DNA from: Antedon mediterranea
Lineage: Eukaryota; Animalia; Echinodermata
NCBI RefSeq assembly: GCF_964355755.1
Contig: NC_092672.1
Location: forward strand, 32,866,437-32,930,436
Direction of reading: 5' to 3'
Length of the DNA stretch: 64,000 nt
Positions 27,401 to 42,400 of the stretch are shown piece by piece. How positions within the stretch are numbered: the first letter of the stretch is position 1; each line of letters begins with the position of its first letter. Under the pieces are notes generated by a model. That model was not told the origin of the DNA, did not search any database, and saw nothing but the letters and a program-made list of their open reading frames with translations. The position numbers and the translations under genes are program-made.

Positions 27401-30400
27401 ATAAATTCTTCTTAATTGGCAAACTGTACAGTATTATATTAGTGCAATTCAAAACAGATATAAAATATAAACAAACATCAACAAATACAATACACACACA
27501 TTATTGCACAAAAACCTAAGTTTAAAAAGTAGATTTTTGGAAGTTATATGTTAAAATATGATAAAAAGCATAAAACGGTTAAAAAGTTGTAGTAAAGAGT
27601 TGTTTATAGAGTAAGTAAAATGCAGTGACTGCATTATAATGTTGACATGGTCCCTAGATAATGTATATTTTTAAGGCATGGATATACTGTAGTTGAAATA
27701 AAAAAAATAAAATTTTAAAAACCAATTGTGAAAAAAAGTATGATTATTTATAAATTACATTAATTAATTAAATTTATTGTAATTTAAAATAGAGTAAATG
27801 AATTTGATATTTCATGATTAACTTTAACAATCTTACATACAGTACATACATATTGATTTTTAAAAATATATCAGCATAATCATTTATAAAATCAGTTATA
27901 TCTATTTTCGTAGAATTCATCTGATATGCGGTTTACAAATATCAAAAACAATTTAAAAATGAAATACCACTCCTGTGGTCTTCGTAGTTAAATTATCAGT
28001 TTTATTGTTAATTGTTAATTTTACTTTTTTCCCTACCATACGTAATAATAAATTTATTGTTTAATAATAAAATATGGAAATTTGTGGTTGATAAAACATA
28101 TTTAAAAATGAAAATACATTTTGAATTAGCCACTCCTGTGGTTTAATTGTTTTGGAATTCTGTTACTAAAGGAAAAGATAATTGAAATGACCAAATATGG
28201 CCTAAACACAAAATTCCGAACTTGCCAATACCACATGACATATTTAGTTTAAACAAAAAAATGTTGCAAGGAGCTTAAATTAGTTTGGAGGACAAAAATG
28301 GGTAGGCTGGCTCCTAATGAGGATGAGATGGTATATTCTTTCTGAACTATTATTAAATTAAAGACTCTGTGAAATTTAAGATATGTCATGGTGTTTTTAA
28401 TGCTATGCAAGAAAATACTGCATGAGCTAGGGTATGTAATTGATAAAGATGAGTTTTATTACAGTAGTACTGTACATCCTCAAGTGTACATAAAGTATGA
28501 ATTATTTCTTTGATAATATTACTATAAAGGGGACATTTTTAAGTGTTAATTTTAGGTGTATTTTTTTAACACAATAAAAAGCCAACCCCCGTTAACAGGA
28601 CATCCCTATTGATGGGACATCCCTATTCAGGTGATATACTGGAAATTAATATATTTTATAAACATCAGAGAACAAAAAAAGTAAATAATATTTAAAGTAA
28701 AGTATATTAAATTGGAATTATTTTACTATAAATATAATTAGATTATACATTTATTTATTAAACTATTTAAAAATGAAGTTCAGATTAAAATATTAAATAT
28801 ATTTCTTAGCAGTAAACAAAATTAGATAGAAACAAGGTTTTATACCATTATATACTGGAAATTAACCATTTATAAACTTACAGTTTTCTTGAGAAAATCC
28901 GTAAAAATGAAAAAATGAATAATATTGAATCTGATATAGTTATATTAAATTTGAATGATTTACTGTAAATATAGTTATATATTATTAAATTTGTTTAAAC
29001 CGTAGTTATATAAAGATTAAAATATTAAATTTATTTTTTAGCAAAAACAAGATTATATGGAAATTAAAAATTTATAAACAATATAGATTGGAATAGTAAA
29101 TAATATTGATATAGTTATATTAAATTGTAATTATTTACTGTGTAAATAAACACTAAATCCCTATAATTTTAATGTTAATAATGATATGTGTGTGTTCAAT
29201 ATATTGACCAATTCTCAGCAGAAACAAGATTTAGCAATTGTAGTTAATACAGACAATACAAGTGAATAATATTTATATAGTTATATTAAATTGTAATTAT
29301 TTACTACTGTGTAAATAAATATTAAATCTATAATAATTTGAATTTGAATTGTAATAGATAAGTGTGCTTATTGACCTAATACATTCTTAGCAGAAACAAG
29401 ATTTAGTTCATACAGACAACTGTGTATTTCTGTACAACTGTAAAAAATATGATCTGAAGCTGTTCGAAATTCCTTAGATTGTTTCAGAATTGACTACGAG
29501 TTTCTAGATGAAACACATTCCAAGAGTCGATGACGAAGATGAATTAATAACGAACCAATGGCAACTAGTCAATCATTCAGTCACCATAGAAACAGAACGG
29601 GATGAACTATTTTTTTGTGGCACGATAACAATTCTAGCGTTAAACATAAACATCAATATTGTGCTGTTTTTAGATACGATTGATTTGGCTGAGACCTATT
29701 TTAATTACGAATTATTATGAATTTTCTGGTTGTACTTGGTTTGTAGACATACTCAATATTGATATAAATAATCATGTTTTTTTTGCAAATTATATTTAAT
29801 ATGCAAACACTTTGTTTTAACATAATTAGCAAAATTACTGGTACTCAGGGAATAATTTTGCCAGTGTAGCATAGCAAAAAGCTATACAAAACAACCTTTT
29901 TGCTACACATTTCTACAATTGTGTAGCAAAAAATTCAATACAAAACTATGTTTCTTGATTAAAAAATCAGTTTGATTAGCAATTTTGCTAAACAAAATTT
30001 TCAAATCAAATTTTTCCCTGGTACTTATTTATTATATTTAAATATTAACACAATAATATTTTACAAATCAATCACTGAATAGATTATAGAAAAAAATATA
30101 CAAAAACTGGTCCTAATTTTTTGTCTGATTTAATAAATTAAAGGTTTTTCCAACTAAAGACCGATTAAAGTTACTTGTAATTTATTTAACTCCTCCAGAA
30201 ATTCCTCTAAATAAGGACCATTTTAAGTAAAGGACCTTAGTAGAGGCATAATTTCTTCCAAACCTAAGAATTAAGAACCTTTACTTAAAAGCCCCTCTGA
30301 CGAAAGACCCTCCAATTAAAGACCCTCTTATTAAAGATTCCTCCAATTCAAGAACCACTAATTAAAGACCAATAAAGACTATCCTAAAAACCCTTGAATT

Positions 30401-33400
30401 TTAATATTCTTCAATATTAAAGGCCCTTTCCCACTAAAGACACTAAAATCCATCTTACCAATTTATAATTCTATAATTTCAATAATTGCTTGTATCCTAG
30501 GCAAGATACTTACGTTTGCCTCTCTTCACCCAGGTGTATAAATGGGAACCTGGTTAGATCAAGACACAACTTTCCGCCGATTACTAGCTGCATTATGGGA
30601 GTATGTTTCCATACATGTTTGATCCCCCCCAAAAAAACTGGGGTAATCATGTTCAGCAGCGCGTTTAGAGGTTTCACAACATTAGGCGCTATATAAATCT
30701 AGGATATTATTATTATTATTAATTATTATTAAAGGACGCATGCATCTCTTTAGTATAAAACAACCTCAAATAGTATTCTTTTTAATAATGGTATTTTGAA
30801 GGAAACTATAATTGTAAGATAAATATTGCTTTTTTATGTTTTTCCTGTAATTGTGTAAATTTTATTCAATTTTTTTTAATAACAAGTACATTTACAATGC
30901 AATTTGAAATGTGTTTTTTTTATATAAAAATCAACGAGTGTTCTATGTTTCCTTAAAGGAAACTACTCGTTTTAAGATAAATAAAGTGTTTTATGGTCTT
31001 CCTGTCATTGTCTTCCAAGATCATTTCATTTATTGAGATATTTTTAACTTTAAAAAATAAGGCAAACATTGTATTGTAATGTTTGAGGTAAACAAAGGCA
31101 TTTTCCTTATTGAGGATTGGCAATGCATGCATGTATTTTGTGAAGGAGTGTAATAAGCGGGCGTGGAAAAAGCCTATTTTGGTATCCAGGTGGCCCTCCT
31201 TTCCACGCAGGAGTGTAACTTGTTGCCTGTGAGGCCGTGGGACAACATGGGACTTGTGAGGCCGTGGGACAACATGGGATTTGTGAGGCCGAGTGAATTA
31301 ATGTATCTTGCTCATAAAGCACACACATCTGTCCAACATGGGTCTTGATAAGCAGAACAAATTAAAATGGCTGTAAAACATTAAAGAAAAATTAAATCTA
31401 ATTATCTTGCTTAAACTACTGTAATCTCGTGTACAGTATAATCCATGCAACTATAATTATACTATCATCTACCAGGATACAAACGTATATAATAACTTAA
31501 TTTTAATCCATGGTTTTGTTCTAAGAAATGACGTAAAAATCCCCTAAAAGAATTTATTTATGAAAGTGAAGGCGTTGTAAAGTTGAATGGCCCATTCATT
31601 ATCATGTGTGTTTACTGCTGCTACTACTACAGCTCACCATAAGAGAGTAATAAAATTATTTTTATTTGGAAAAAATTAAAAATTTAAATGCTGTTCTGAA
31701 TTGAAATAGAGACTTTATATCATTCGATTATTTTGATTACAAAATACTATTTTATTACAAATATCATAGTATAGTATGTAATTCATGATTGACACGCAAA
31801 ACTAAATTTTATCTTTAATATTGCTTTAAACTAATACATTGATATATTTCCACGCATGAGTGAATACTGTATCATCACAAATATAATCGCCAATTTGGTA
31901 TCATTTATCTCCTCACGTACGCACATTGTGAAAATTCACTTTTCTTGCTAATTATTTTGATGGCTAATATCAAGTTTCATATTATGGATTGCTCTTGGGG
32001 TAAATGATCTCGTTAAGAAGCCTTTATTATTCATATTAATTTAATAACATATTTTTTTGATTTAGTGACCTAGAAATTGAACTGTATTTATTAGCCAGGT
32101 CTAAAAAAATTTGATTTTCTATAAAGTAAATTTGATTTTATTGACATCTTTAACAAATTTCTATTTTACGGTTTGAGAATGTTGTAAACTGATTTTATTT
32201 ACTCAATTTATGTATGTTGGGATTTGTGTATCAGATATAAAAGCTATTACCGTATACAATATTATGGGACACCTTCAGGACCCAATAATGTGGCCCCATA
32301 ATATAGGTGTACCCTGAATAAAGGTATCCCCTAAATAGGGGTGTATCCCCATAATAGAGGTGTCCTCTATTGGGGTGTATCCCCATAATAGAGGTGTCCT
32401 CTAAATAGAGTGTCCCCTGAATAGAGGTGTCCCCTGAATAGAGGTATCCCCTGAATAGAGGTGTCCCCTGAATAGGGGTGTCCCCTGAATAGAGGTGTCC
32501 CCTGAATAGAGGTATCCCCTGAATAAAGGTATGGTGTCCCCATAATAGAAGTGTCCTTTAAATAGAGGTGTCCCCTGAATAGAGGTGTCCCAAAGGAGAA
32601 GTTCTACTGTATTCAAATACAATTAAATTAATATTTAGTTATTATATAATAATAATTATAACCTTTTTTATATTTCGCAGAGATTCACAAGAAAGGAGGA
32701 TGTTGTACGGCATTACAACTGGCACAAACGGCGTGATAACTCACTGCAGCACGGCTTTATGCGGTTTAGTCCGTCGGATGATTGTGCTCCGTACTATCAC
32801 AATTGCTCGCTCAATCTTAAACACACGCATTATCATTGTATGCAGGTATAGTTAAGATAAATCGTGCTTGTCATTATTTCATTGACGTATTCATATTTAA
32901 AGGGACACCCCTATTAAAAGGGACACTTCAGTGGTGTATTACAGTGGGCAAAGGTTCCTGGTTTAATAGTACTCCAAAGGGCCCTCCAACGCTCGGCATT
33001 GGGCTGCTTTTGGGCCCCTGGATTTAGCCAGTGAGCGATCATAGCTGGTAATCCATTGACTTTCAGATTTTGTCCTTTTAGTAATAAGGTTGTTTGTGTA
33101 GAGCATCTTGCTTATATGTCTTGTGAACAGGATTACCACCTTTAAGAAGGATAGTGAATGAAATCGCTTATGGTTATCCTTGGCAATTTGCCTAAATAGA
33201 ATATAAAAAAACCAAAAACAAAACCACAAAATGGCTTATAGCATATCCCAAATCTTCAGCCAAATATACCCAAGATTTACATATTTTTAAATGAGATAAT
33301 TGTTCCGAAGGCTGCCCAACCCAAAATTGATGGTTTGCTTTTTTGTTATACAACCAACCCTGTTTTTCAATTGAATGTGCCTGGTAAACATAACAATTTT

Positions 33401-36400
33401 TAGGGTTTTTTGTTTTTTTTTTATATATGTAAAATATGAAATAAAAAGAAATTAAAATAAATAATTTTGCTCCTAATAGAATGGATGTTGCAAAGTTTAC
33501 ACAAGTACTTCAGATGTATTGACGCACGAAAACTATCATAAGAAGAACGCATCTTTACTCAGCGATGGCTTTCAACGCTTCCGCGCCACTGAAGATTGTG
33601 GGGTCAACTCCTGCACCTTCTACGGACAAAAGACGACGCACTTTCACTGCCGTCGAGCTGAGTGTAATTTTTCGTTCAAGAATAAATGTGATATTGAAAA
33701 ACATAAAGCCTTCCATTTGAAAGACGATCAGTATCAACGTGAGGGCTTTAAGAAGTTCTCGAAACATGAGGTAAAGAATTTTACTATGAGATAATAATTA
33801 ATTTAAGTTATTATGTAATGAAATGACTATTGATAGAATCGAACCACCAACCTTTTGCTTATAGGGCAAGCACTTTACCAACTGGACCATTATGGCTATA
33901 AACCATGTGTAATATAAAAATATTCATAATTAAATTACATATGATCTCATTTGAGATTCGAACCAGCAAGTTCTTGTGTATGGGTCAATATTGGTCCTCA
34001 GTTTATGCTCTGTAATATTTTTATGACATTTGATGAAATAAATGCTTGTTTAATTTAATATTTTCTTCCGATAGTTCTGCCGATTTGATGGATGCAGATA
34101 CTCTCACAACACCAACCACTTCCACTGTATTCGATCAGATTGTGATTTCACCTTCACTGCTGCAAACCAGATGCAGTCGCATCGACGCAAACATGAAAGG
34201 CGTCAAAGAATTATTGCCTTCGAGTACGACCAACAACGTCGAAAGCTATTCAAGAATTTAAAACCAAAGACAACTGTCTTCCGTAATCTTGTGACAATGA
34301 ACCATCCTCCTCCAGTTCATATGGTGATACCAAATGTGACCTCCAAGTTGTTGGCAGAACATGAAAGAGAAGATATACCAGCTAAAAGAATCAAATTAGA
34401 AATACCTGACACTTCTGAGACGTCTGGGCCAGAAGGAGAGCTGTCGTCACCAGAACAGACACCAACGACATCCCCGCCATCATCGTTGGCAAGCATGCCG
34501 ACCTCTCTATCATCGCAAGGGAATATTCTTTCTAAGATGTTCACCACACAAGTGAATGGTGAGTCTTTTAACATGCATGGAAGCACTCTGAATGATTCTT
34601 TAAACCTGCCTATTCCATCAAGCATCTCTCCACCAGAGGAACCCAGGGCAGAAAAGACAACGATATCACCACCAATTGTAAAGATGAAATGGGACAATAA
34701 ACCAGAAGAGATCTGGCAGAAATACATTTCAAGGTAATTTAAGCTCTGTGAACACTATCAAACTTTAGTGTGATAAAAAAAAAAATGTGATATGGACATG
34801 ATGATGTAATATCATTACCTTATTTGGGTATATCACTATAATATTTGGGCAGATCACACTTTTTTTGTCAAACTAGTTTGATAGTGTAGACAGGGCTTTA
34901 AATGTTAAATTTGGATGTAGTGAAGTGATGTATAAAGCAAGGTAAAGTACACTGTTTGGAGCACCCTTATTCAGGGCACGCCTTTAATTATAGATTCATT
35001 TTATTCCGTCATATATTAAAATGTTAAAACAAATAAAATTGGTTTCAGAGACAAAGTTAAAGGGGACACTTTCTCATGAAGTAAACGAGGAGCAATATGT
35101 TTTAACACTAACTAACCTTTGTTCAGAGGACAGCCTCTATGAAGGGGACACTTTTTTAAAGCCCTGAAGTTGTCTCCTAAAATACGGATTATATTGCATA
35201 TTACATTTATACAAAGGAGGTCATAAAAATATGCCATGTTTGAAATAATTTTTATTTTATATTATAAAATTAATTTATTCAACTATGAAGAAATATGACA
35301 AACAATAACAATATTTTTTAGTATTATATTCTACAATGTTTTTTTGTTTGAATTTAGGGAGGTCTGAAAATTATTTTAACTTTTATTTACAGGTACACAG
35401 CTAATGACCCATGTATGCCGCACTGTGACTTGATGTACAAAGGTCATTACCATTGTCAGGTGGCAGAGTGCAAGTCCATATTCAAATCAAAGGATGGAGT
35501 CAATAAGCATGCCAGGTAACCACTCTAAAGTATTACAGGTATACAAAATATTGATGAAAAATCCATCAGCGATATGTAGAGTGCTTTTGTGACCCTTGAC
35601 CCTTTGATTTCTTGGAATATAAAGTACAGACCACAAATTGCTTGTTTTGCTTTTCATAGTGAACTCACCTAAAATTGCATTATCTGAAACGAGAAATTCT
35701 CCAAAACATAGACTTGGGGTACAATGGATACAAGGTTGTTCCAACTATTTAAAGCTCCTATTATTTTTTTTCCAAGAAAACAGGGTTTGGCCGGCCCAAT
35801 AAGTTAGTCTAATATGGGAGAGTTTACTATTATTGCTTGTTTTTTCCTTTATTGCCAAAAACATTCAAAACAACAATATAAACACCACAAAGTAAAGTTG
35901 GCTGGAAACACAAAAGGGAATTAAATAAAGGTAGATAAACTTTCTGTCTAAGACAAATTGGACTTAGACTTTAGACTGTAATTATGCCTCCCATTAAAAC
36001 TTCAGGAAAACACTTTACAAATCTCTGGATATCTGACCTGCATGTTCAGCTGGAAGGGTTATTAACTTCTCTAATTAAAAGTTAAAAATACATAAAATGA
36101 TTAATTCTATCCCTAAATATTTATTTATTTACGCTTTTGAGTTTCTAAATTAAGACCTCCCTTTTTTTAACATGCTTTTTAGTAAATTTTTTTTTTTACC
36201 TCCAAATTGTTCTACATTTCAATATACATTATATCCAGTTTCTAATTATGGACGTCTTTATTCAAATAAGAATTCTAGTATAATAGTATGTTCTTTAAAT
36301 CAAAAGGTATCACATGATGTTTGAAGAAGCAGAGGAGTGCGGTTTTCATTTTTTCGCCCAGGGTGAGAGTTGTGAGGAGACATTTAAAGACTGTGCCTTC

Positions 36401-39400
36401 AGTCCTTTAGCTCACTATCACTGCATGTGGGTAAGTGCGATTAATGGAACAGCTAGCATTACATTTATTGTACACTCTCACCATGGAGGAATTCCTAATT
36501 TCAAAATTATTTCACATTTTATTTGAAATACATTTATCATTGTAGAACCTATTATAAAGTTACTAATACCAAACCTGTAGTGTGTTGCATCTATATGACT
36601 CTATACTCCATGGCCAAATTTTGAACTCCAAAATTTAATGGGCTGACATTCGATTGAAGATTAACAATAGTTGTGTTATAAAATAAATTCGTGGATTCGT
36701 GGAATGGAGAGAATATTTTCATTCGTTGGGAAATGGACTGGTCTATTCAACTCTTCTCTGCCTTGATTAATAGGCCAGGCCCATTTTCATCTCAACATGA
36801 AAATATTCCAATCATAAACATTCATTATGTGTTTATTATTATTATACTATATTATTATTTTCTTTACAGAGTCTAAGGCCTGGTGTTTATTGTGGTCAGG
36901 TCGTTCACACAGGTAGTAACACCCAGATGAAGCCTCACCAGTTGAAACACAATGGCAACCTGGACTTAGAAGAGATCCGCGACTCCTACGAGGACGGAAA
37001 ACCAGAGATGGTAGCCCCCATTTCAGAGATATCTCGTGAACAAGGCTTTGTCAGATTCAACGCAAACGAATGCACGAGTCCGGAATGTCAGTTCATCACC
37101 GAGGTTCACTGCCATTGCACCAGACCAGAGTGCAATTTTACGACTAATGCGGCGTCGAAGATGAAAGAACATAAGACTAACGAGAACATAGCATTTGAAA
37201 GTTTTAAGCAGTTTAGTCGTAAAGCAGACTGTCGCCGACCAGGATGTAAATTCAACCAATGGAAAAAACACTTTCATTGTCTTCACCTTGGATGTAACTT
37301 CTCCTTCTTGCAGGTGAGATTCTGGTTGTCCTTCGACCTGACATTTCTACCTTTTACCTGTCATGTTAAAATTTGATTTTGTGCAATGATCATATGGACT
37401 TTCTTCCTCAGTTTTGGTAGATTATAGTCCAATTTGAATGCTTGCTAAAAGTATAAAATAGTTAAAAGAATTAGTGACGCTGTTGCTTTGTGGCTAACAG
37501 GCTTTCTTACCAACACCAGGGTCCGGGGTTCGAGTCTCTGCCAGAATTTTAACAGTTTGTACAGTACTAAGTTAATTACTTTAAACACTGGGTTTAGTTT
37601 TAGTAGGCATTTCCAGGGTTCGGACCCAGAATCCTAAAACCTGATACATATGCTTACTACATAAACCACAATCTTACCTAAAATAACTGCACAACAGCAA
37701 TTATTTTTTAATAAAGATTTCTCGAAAAATTAATTATTAACTTACAATTTTAATATTAATACATTTTATTTCTAACAAACTCATTTTCTATAAAATTGAT
37801 AGACTTATTAAAATAAATTAACACCATTAATAAATATTTATAGTTTTTCAGATGAAATATTAAGTAGAACATGTCCGTATTAGCCCAAGTTCATACAAAA
37901 TAAATGTATACATGATTAATATAGTAACCTATATTTTCTGGGTGAATTTTTTTTCCGATTGCTAAATGCTGGTCTCTGATTTGCCTATTTTCCACTTTAC
38001 AAATTTATTTGTGCGAATCCAACGCTTTGCATAGAAAAAAAATTGTGCTATCCTTTCCACTATAAGAACAATAGCTGCGATTTTCATTTCCGTCGCTTGT
38101 CTGCTGAGTTTTTCGATTCACATGAGTGCTCGCTCATAAACGACGTCATGACTCATTACCTGAGCTCTGTTTGGTTGCGCAATTTTCGCTTCGCAAAAAG
38201 TAGAAACAATTTAAACTACTAATTTTGCTGAAGCGAAGAACTCAAGGAACTAGAATTTGTCGCCGCAAGGGATTTGGAAGATGAAAACAAGAATGCATGC
38301 GTATAAAGTGACGCTTTCATTGCTCTAACAGATTTGCCTAGTGAAAAACAGGCTTTATGCTTCGTATGACAAGTTAAACATTTTTTACTGCATTTTAATA
38401 CTAATATCATTTTATGAATGTGTAAAGGGTGATTCTATGTAACATTTGGCTTTGTTAAACTGGTGAAAGTGCCTCCTGACTGACATGCAATTTGATAATC
38501 CATTAGTTGAAGTGGAACCATATTTTATGTATTACTATAATATTTTATACAAATATTAAAGTGCCAAATAATGTTAACATTGTTCCTAGAAGAGGATGTG
38601 GGTTATAAACCGCATGGCAATATAAGTTCTTGCACATAAGTACGCATTGTTTCACAATTATGTATATATATAGCAAAACAAAGATAGATGCCACGTCGGT
38701 ATTCAACTATAATTATGTGTTTGTTTCTATATTAATTCATTGCCCGGGCAACCATGCAAATAATGTCTCAAATTCTCGAAGATCTTCAACGATTTACTCG
38801 AAAACAAATATCAATCAAATACATAATTGATTGTCAATGGACATTGTGTTATTCTAATTGTCATGGCAACGTGATTATAACAATAACTAAATCCAATAGT
38901 AACCTGGTATTGAGGGATGACAATTGATTTTACTTAGTTTCTTAAAAGGTTGTTGCTATGGTAATCTGTTCGGCCATTATAAAGTGGATATTGTTAATTA
39001 AAATTATTGAAAGTCTCTTCTGGAGTGTCAATATCTCAACTTATCAAGTTTTTTTTTTATATTGATGTATTTTAGTCAAATAGTACTATAATAGTTTATT
39101 AAGTGTGTATATGCAACACAATGCTACATTAATTAAAGGCATTCTCAACTTAGTATATAATAATTAATTTCAGTAGGTTTTTTTTTTAGTCAAATACTTG
39201 CACTAGGGCTAGTGCTCTGCAATTTCTTTCTGGCTGTTTTACTTTAACTTAGCTTTTCATTGCTTATCTTATTTTGTATCTTCATTGAGATCCAGTCACT
39301 GCATGGTACTAACAGCATTCTCATTTTTTCATTGCTTATTTTATTTTGTATCTCCATTGAGATTCAGCCACTGATACCCACAGAATTGTAATTTTTTCAG

Positions 39401-42400
39401 TGCTTATTTTGTTATGTACAGTATCTCCATTAAGATCTAGCCACTGATACCCACAGCATTGTCATTTTTTCAGTGCTTATTTTATTATGTACAGTATCTT
39501 CATTAAGATCTAGCCACTGATACCCACAGAATTGCCATTTTTTCAGTGCTTATTTTGTTATGTACCTCCATTGAGATACAGCCACTGATACCAACAGCAT
39601 TGTCAGTGCTTATTTTGTTATGTACAGTATCTCCATTAAGATCTAGCCACTGATACCAACAGCATTGTCAGTGCTTATTTTGTTTTGTACAGTATCTCCA
39701 TTAAGATCTAGCCACTGATACCAACAGCATTGTCAGTGCTTATTTTGTTATGTACAGTATCTCCATTGAGATCCAGCCACTGATACCCACAGCATTGTCA
39801 TTTTTTCAGTGCTTATTTTGTTATGTACAGTATCTCCATTAAGATCTAGCCACTGATACTATACAGCATTGTCATTTTTTCAGTGCTTATTTTGTTATGT
39901 ACAGTATCTCCATTAAGATCTAGCCACTGATACTTACAGCATTGTCATTTTTTCAGTGCTTATTTTGTTATGTACAGTATCTCCATTAAGATCTAGCCAC
40001 TGATACTTACAGCATTGTCATTTTTTCAGTGCTTATTTTGTTATGTACAGTATCTCCATTAAGATCTAGCCACTGATACTTACAGCATATTTGCCTTTGA
40101 TTTATGTATATTATAGTATCAGTTAAATAGAATATTCAACTAATGATGGAAATCAAAAAATGAATCTTTAATGGGGCCATAAGGTCAATGTTTAAAACGG
40201 TTATAACTTCAACAAATACCTGTCATAAATCTATAATTTACATTAATACTCCCATAAAATAGATTTCCAGACGTTATGCCTAATTATAATTTCATTAAAA
40301 TTTCCAATTCACAAATCCAGAAAAAAATCAATAGTTTACTTAAGATGCTACCAGAGACAGCGAGGTTGTCGCTGAATCTGGAACTGTTGCCCATATAAGG
40401 AATGATCATTGATTCGCGGAAAACGAAGATTGTATAATTATTTTATCTTCATTATTATTATTAGAAATTATGCGGTAAATTGGGTATTTGAGCTTCGAGG
40501 TCCAGTTTTCAATTTAATAATAAATTCCTAAATTCAGTGTCGTTATAATAGGCTATATACAAATACCTTATAATTTCAGAGCTCTTGGTTCAATTCTATT
40601 TTTCATCACAATAAAGAGAGATGAATTTTGAACAATTTAAAATGTTTGGAGGTTTTTCTACAAAAAGTAAGAATTAAAATCATACTAAAAACTAAAACTG
40701 TATCTTCTCGCAAAATTTTGCAACGTGAATACATGTATGAAAACGTGTAATAAATCTATTTAAAATAAGCTGTAACATTTTCCATTTTTACTTCGTTTTG
40801 ACAAATTTTACTTTTCATTATATTTTCATTCATGCTTAAAATGGAATAAAATAAATATCAATATCAAAACACCGTCTAGAGTATAGTCAATTGAAAGATT
40901 ACTAAATTCAGCTATAGAGGGCGGTATTTAGTTTGTGTCTCTTCTAAGCTGAAGGCCGCAAGGCTATTGTTAAAGGCCAGGTACGGGAAAAAAATTTCTA
41001 TTGATCATACATTCCAATAATTATCGATCTACAGTTTCCCCTATGTTTCATAATTTTTGGGATTTTATTTGTGTTACACGAGCTTGTTGAAAATAAACAC
41101 TTTCTTGTCAGTGGGGGATAGTTTAAATTACACAGAAAAATCTCTATTCTTTTGTACACAAATTTTGTAAATAGAGAGGCATTTTAAAAAGCTATGAAAA
41201 ATAAACGGTGTGGTAAAAAATGTTATCAGATGACTAAATCTATAACTTGAATTTTACATTTCTAGTATTTTTATTCAACTTCAGATTTTTATTTTCATGC
41301 TATAGCAAAAATTATCCACCGTATATTCCACCATCTTTTTTCACCTAGGGAGTCACCAGAAATGTTATTATATTAGGTTAAACTACCTAACTACTGAAAA
41401 AAAAGTCTTCTTGGTTTTTATGGCAGAATTTTGCCAAATTTTGTATTTGACCATATTAAGGGAAATTCATGTTTTTTCGTCTTGATTTCTGTTACAAATA
41501 TTTGATTTGTGTACAATTAGTCAGATATTATATTTAAAATTCATGCCTGTACTTGAGCTTTAATATTTTCTCTATAATAAATTTTTGATGTTGTGTCCAA
41601 CAAGGTAAAGCTTATTAATCTTTTATCAACTTTACGAGTAAGATTGGTTTGAAATTTTATGAAATCAAGTTGTGATTAAATAATAAATAGCTTCATTTTC
41701 ACCATACCATACCAAGTATAGCTATTGAGTCTAATAGTCATTCTACACATGCTCATGTTTTTGGAAACATATTTAAAAAAAATGTCAATCTCCCATGAAA
41801 ATTGTATTGTATGCAATATACAACTGATTTATCTAAACTTTTATTGATAATTGATATACAGTAATACGAAATAAAATTGTGCTTGTACAGTTTTTTTAAT
41901 GATGCATTATTGTTGTACCCTGTGACTCATCAGGTCCTCGCTTTAATCTTTATTAATTTATATATTTAAAAAAAAATTATTTACATAACAAATTACATTT
42001 TATTATTTTCAGATACAACAGATGGAGTCTCACGGACGGAAACACATGCGTCGTGTGTTTGGAAAGACATTCAACAAACCCGGATCTGACTGCGTCGATA
42101 TGAAATCAATGCTTCATGTTATACCAACAGCAAACATTAAAACAACGATGATCGACCTGTCTGCACCTTCTTCTACGTCAACCTTCACGTCGCCAGTACG
42201 ACATCAAACTTATGCAAGTGTACCCGTCAGTGGAGTTACCGAAGAGCAATCAAAGCCATTACCACCATTCATGATACCGCTCGCTCCTCTAGATGCTGAA
42301 GAGTCAACGACCGGTTCTGCACGGCCGCCGGAATACCCAACGCAGAGTGTGAAGCCTTCTGCGAACGTAAACTTACCGATGCTCGCTCATTGGAAGGTAA

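Noticed and set aside
34317-34727. Antisense ORFs over CASZ1 and COPB2 exons (also 17166-17540, 37023-37286, 63420-63698)
   Set aside because: Shadow ORFs of real coding exons on the opposite strand
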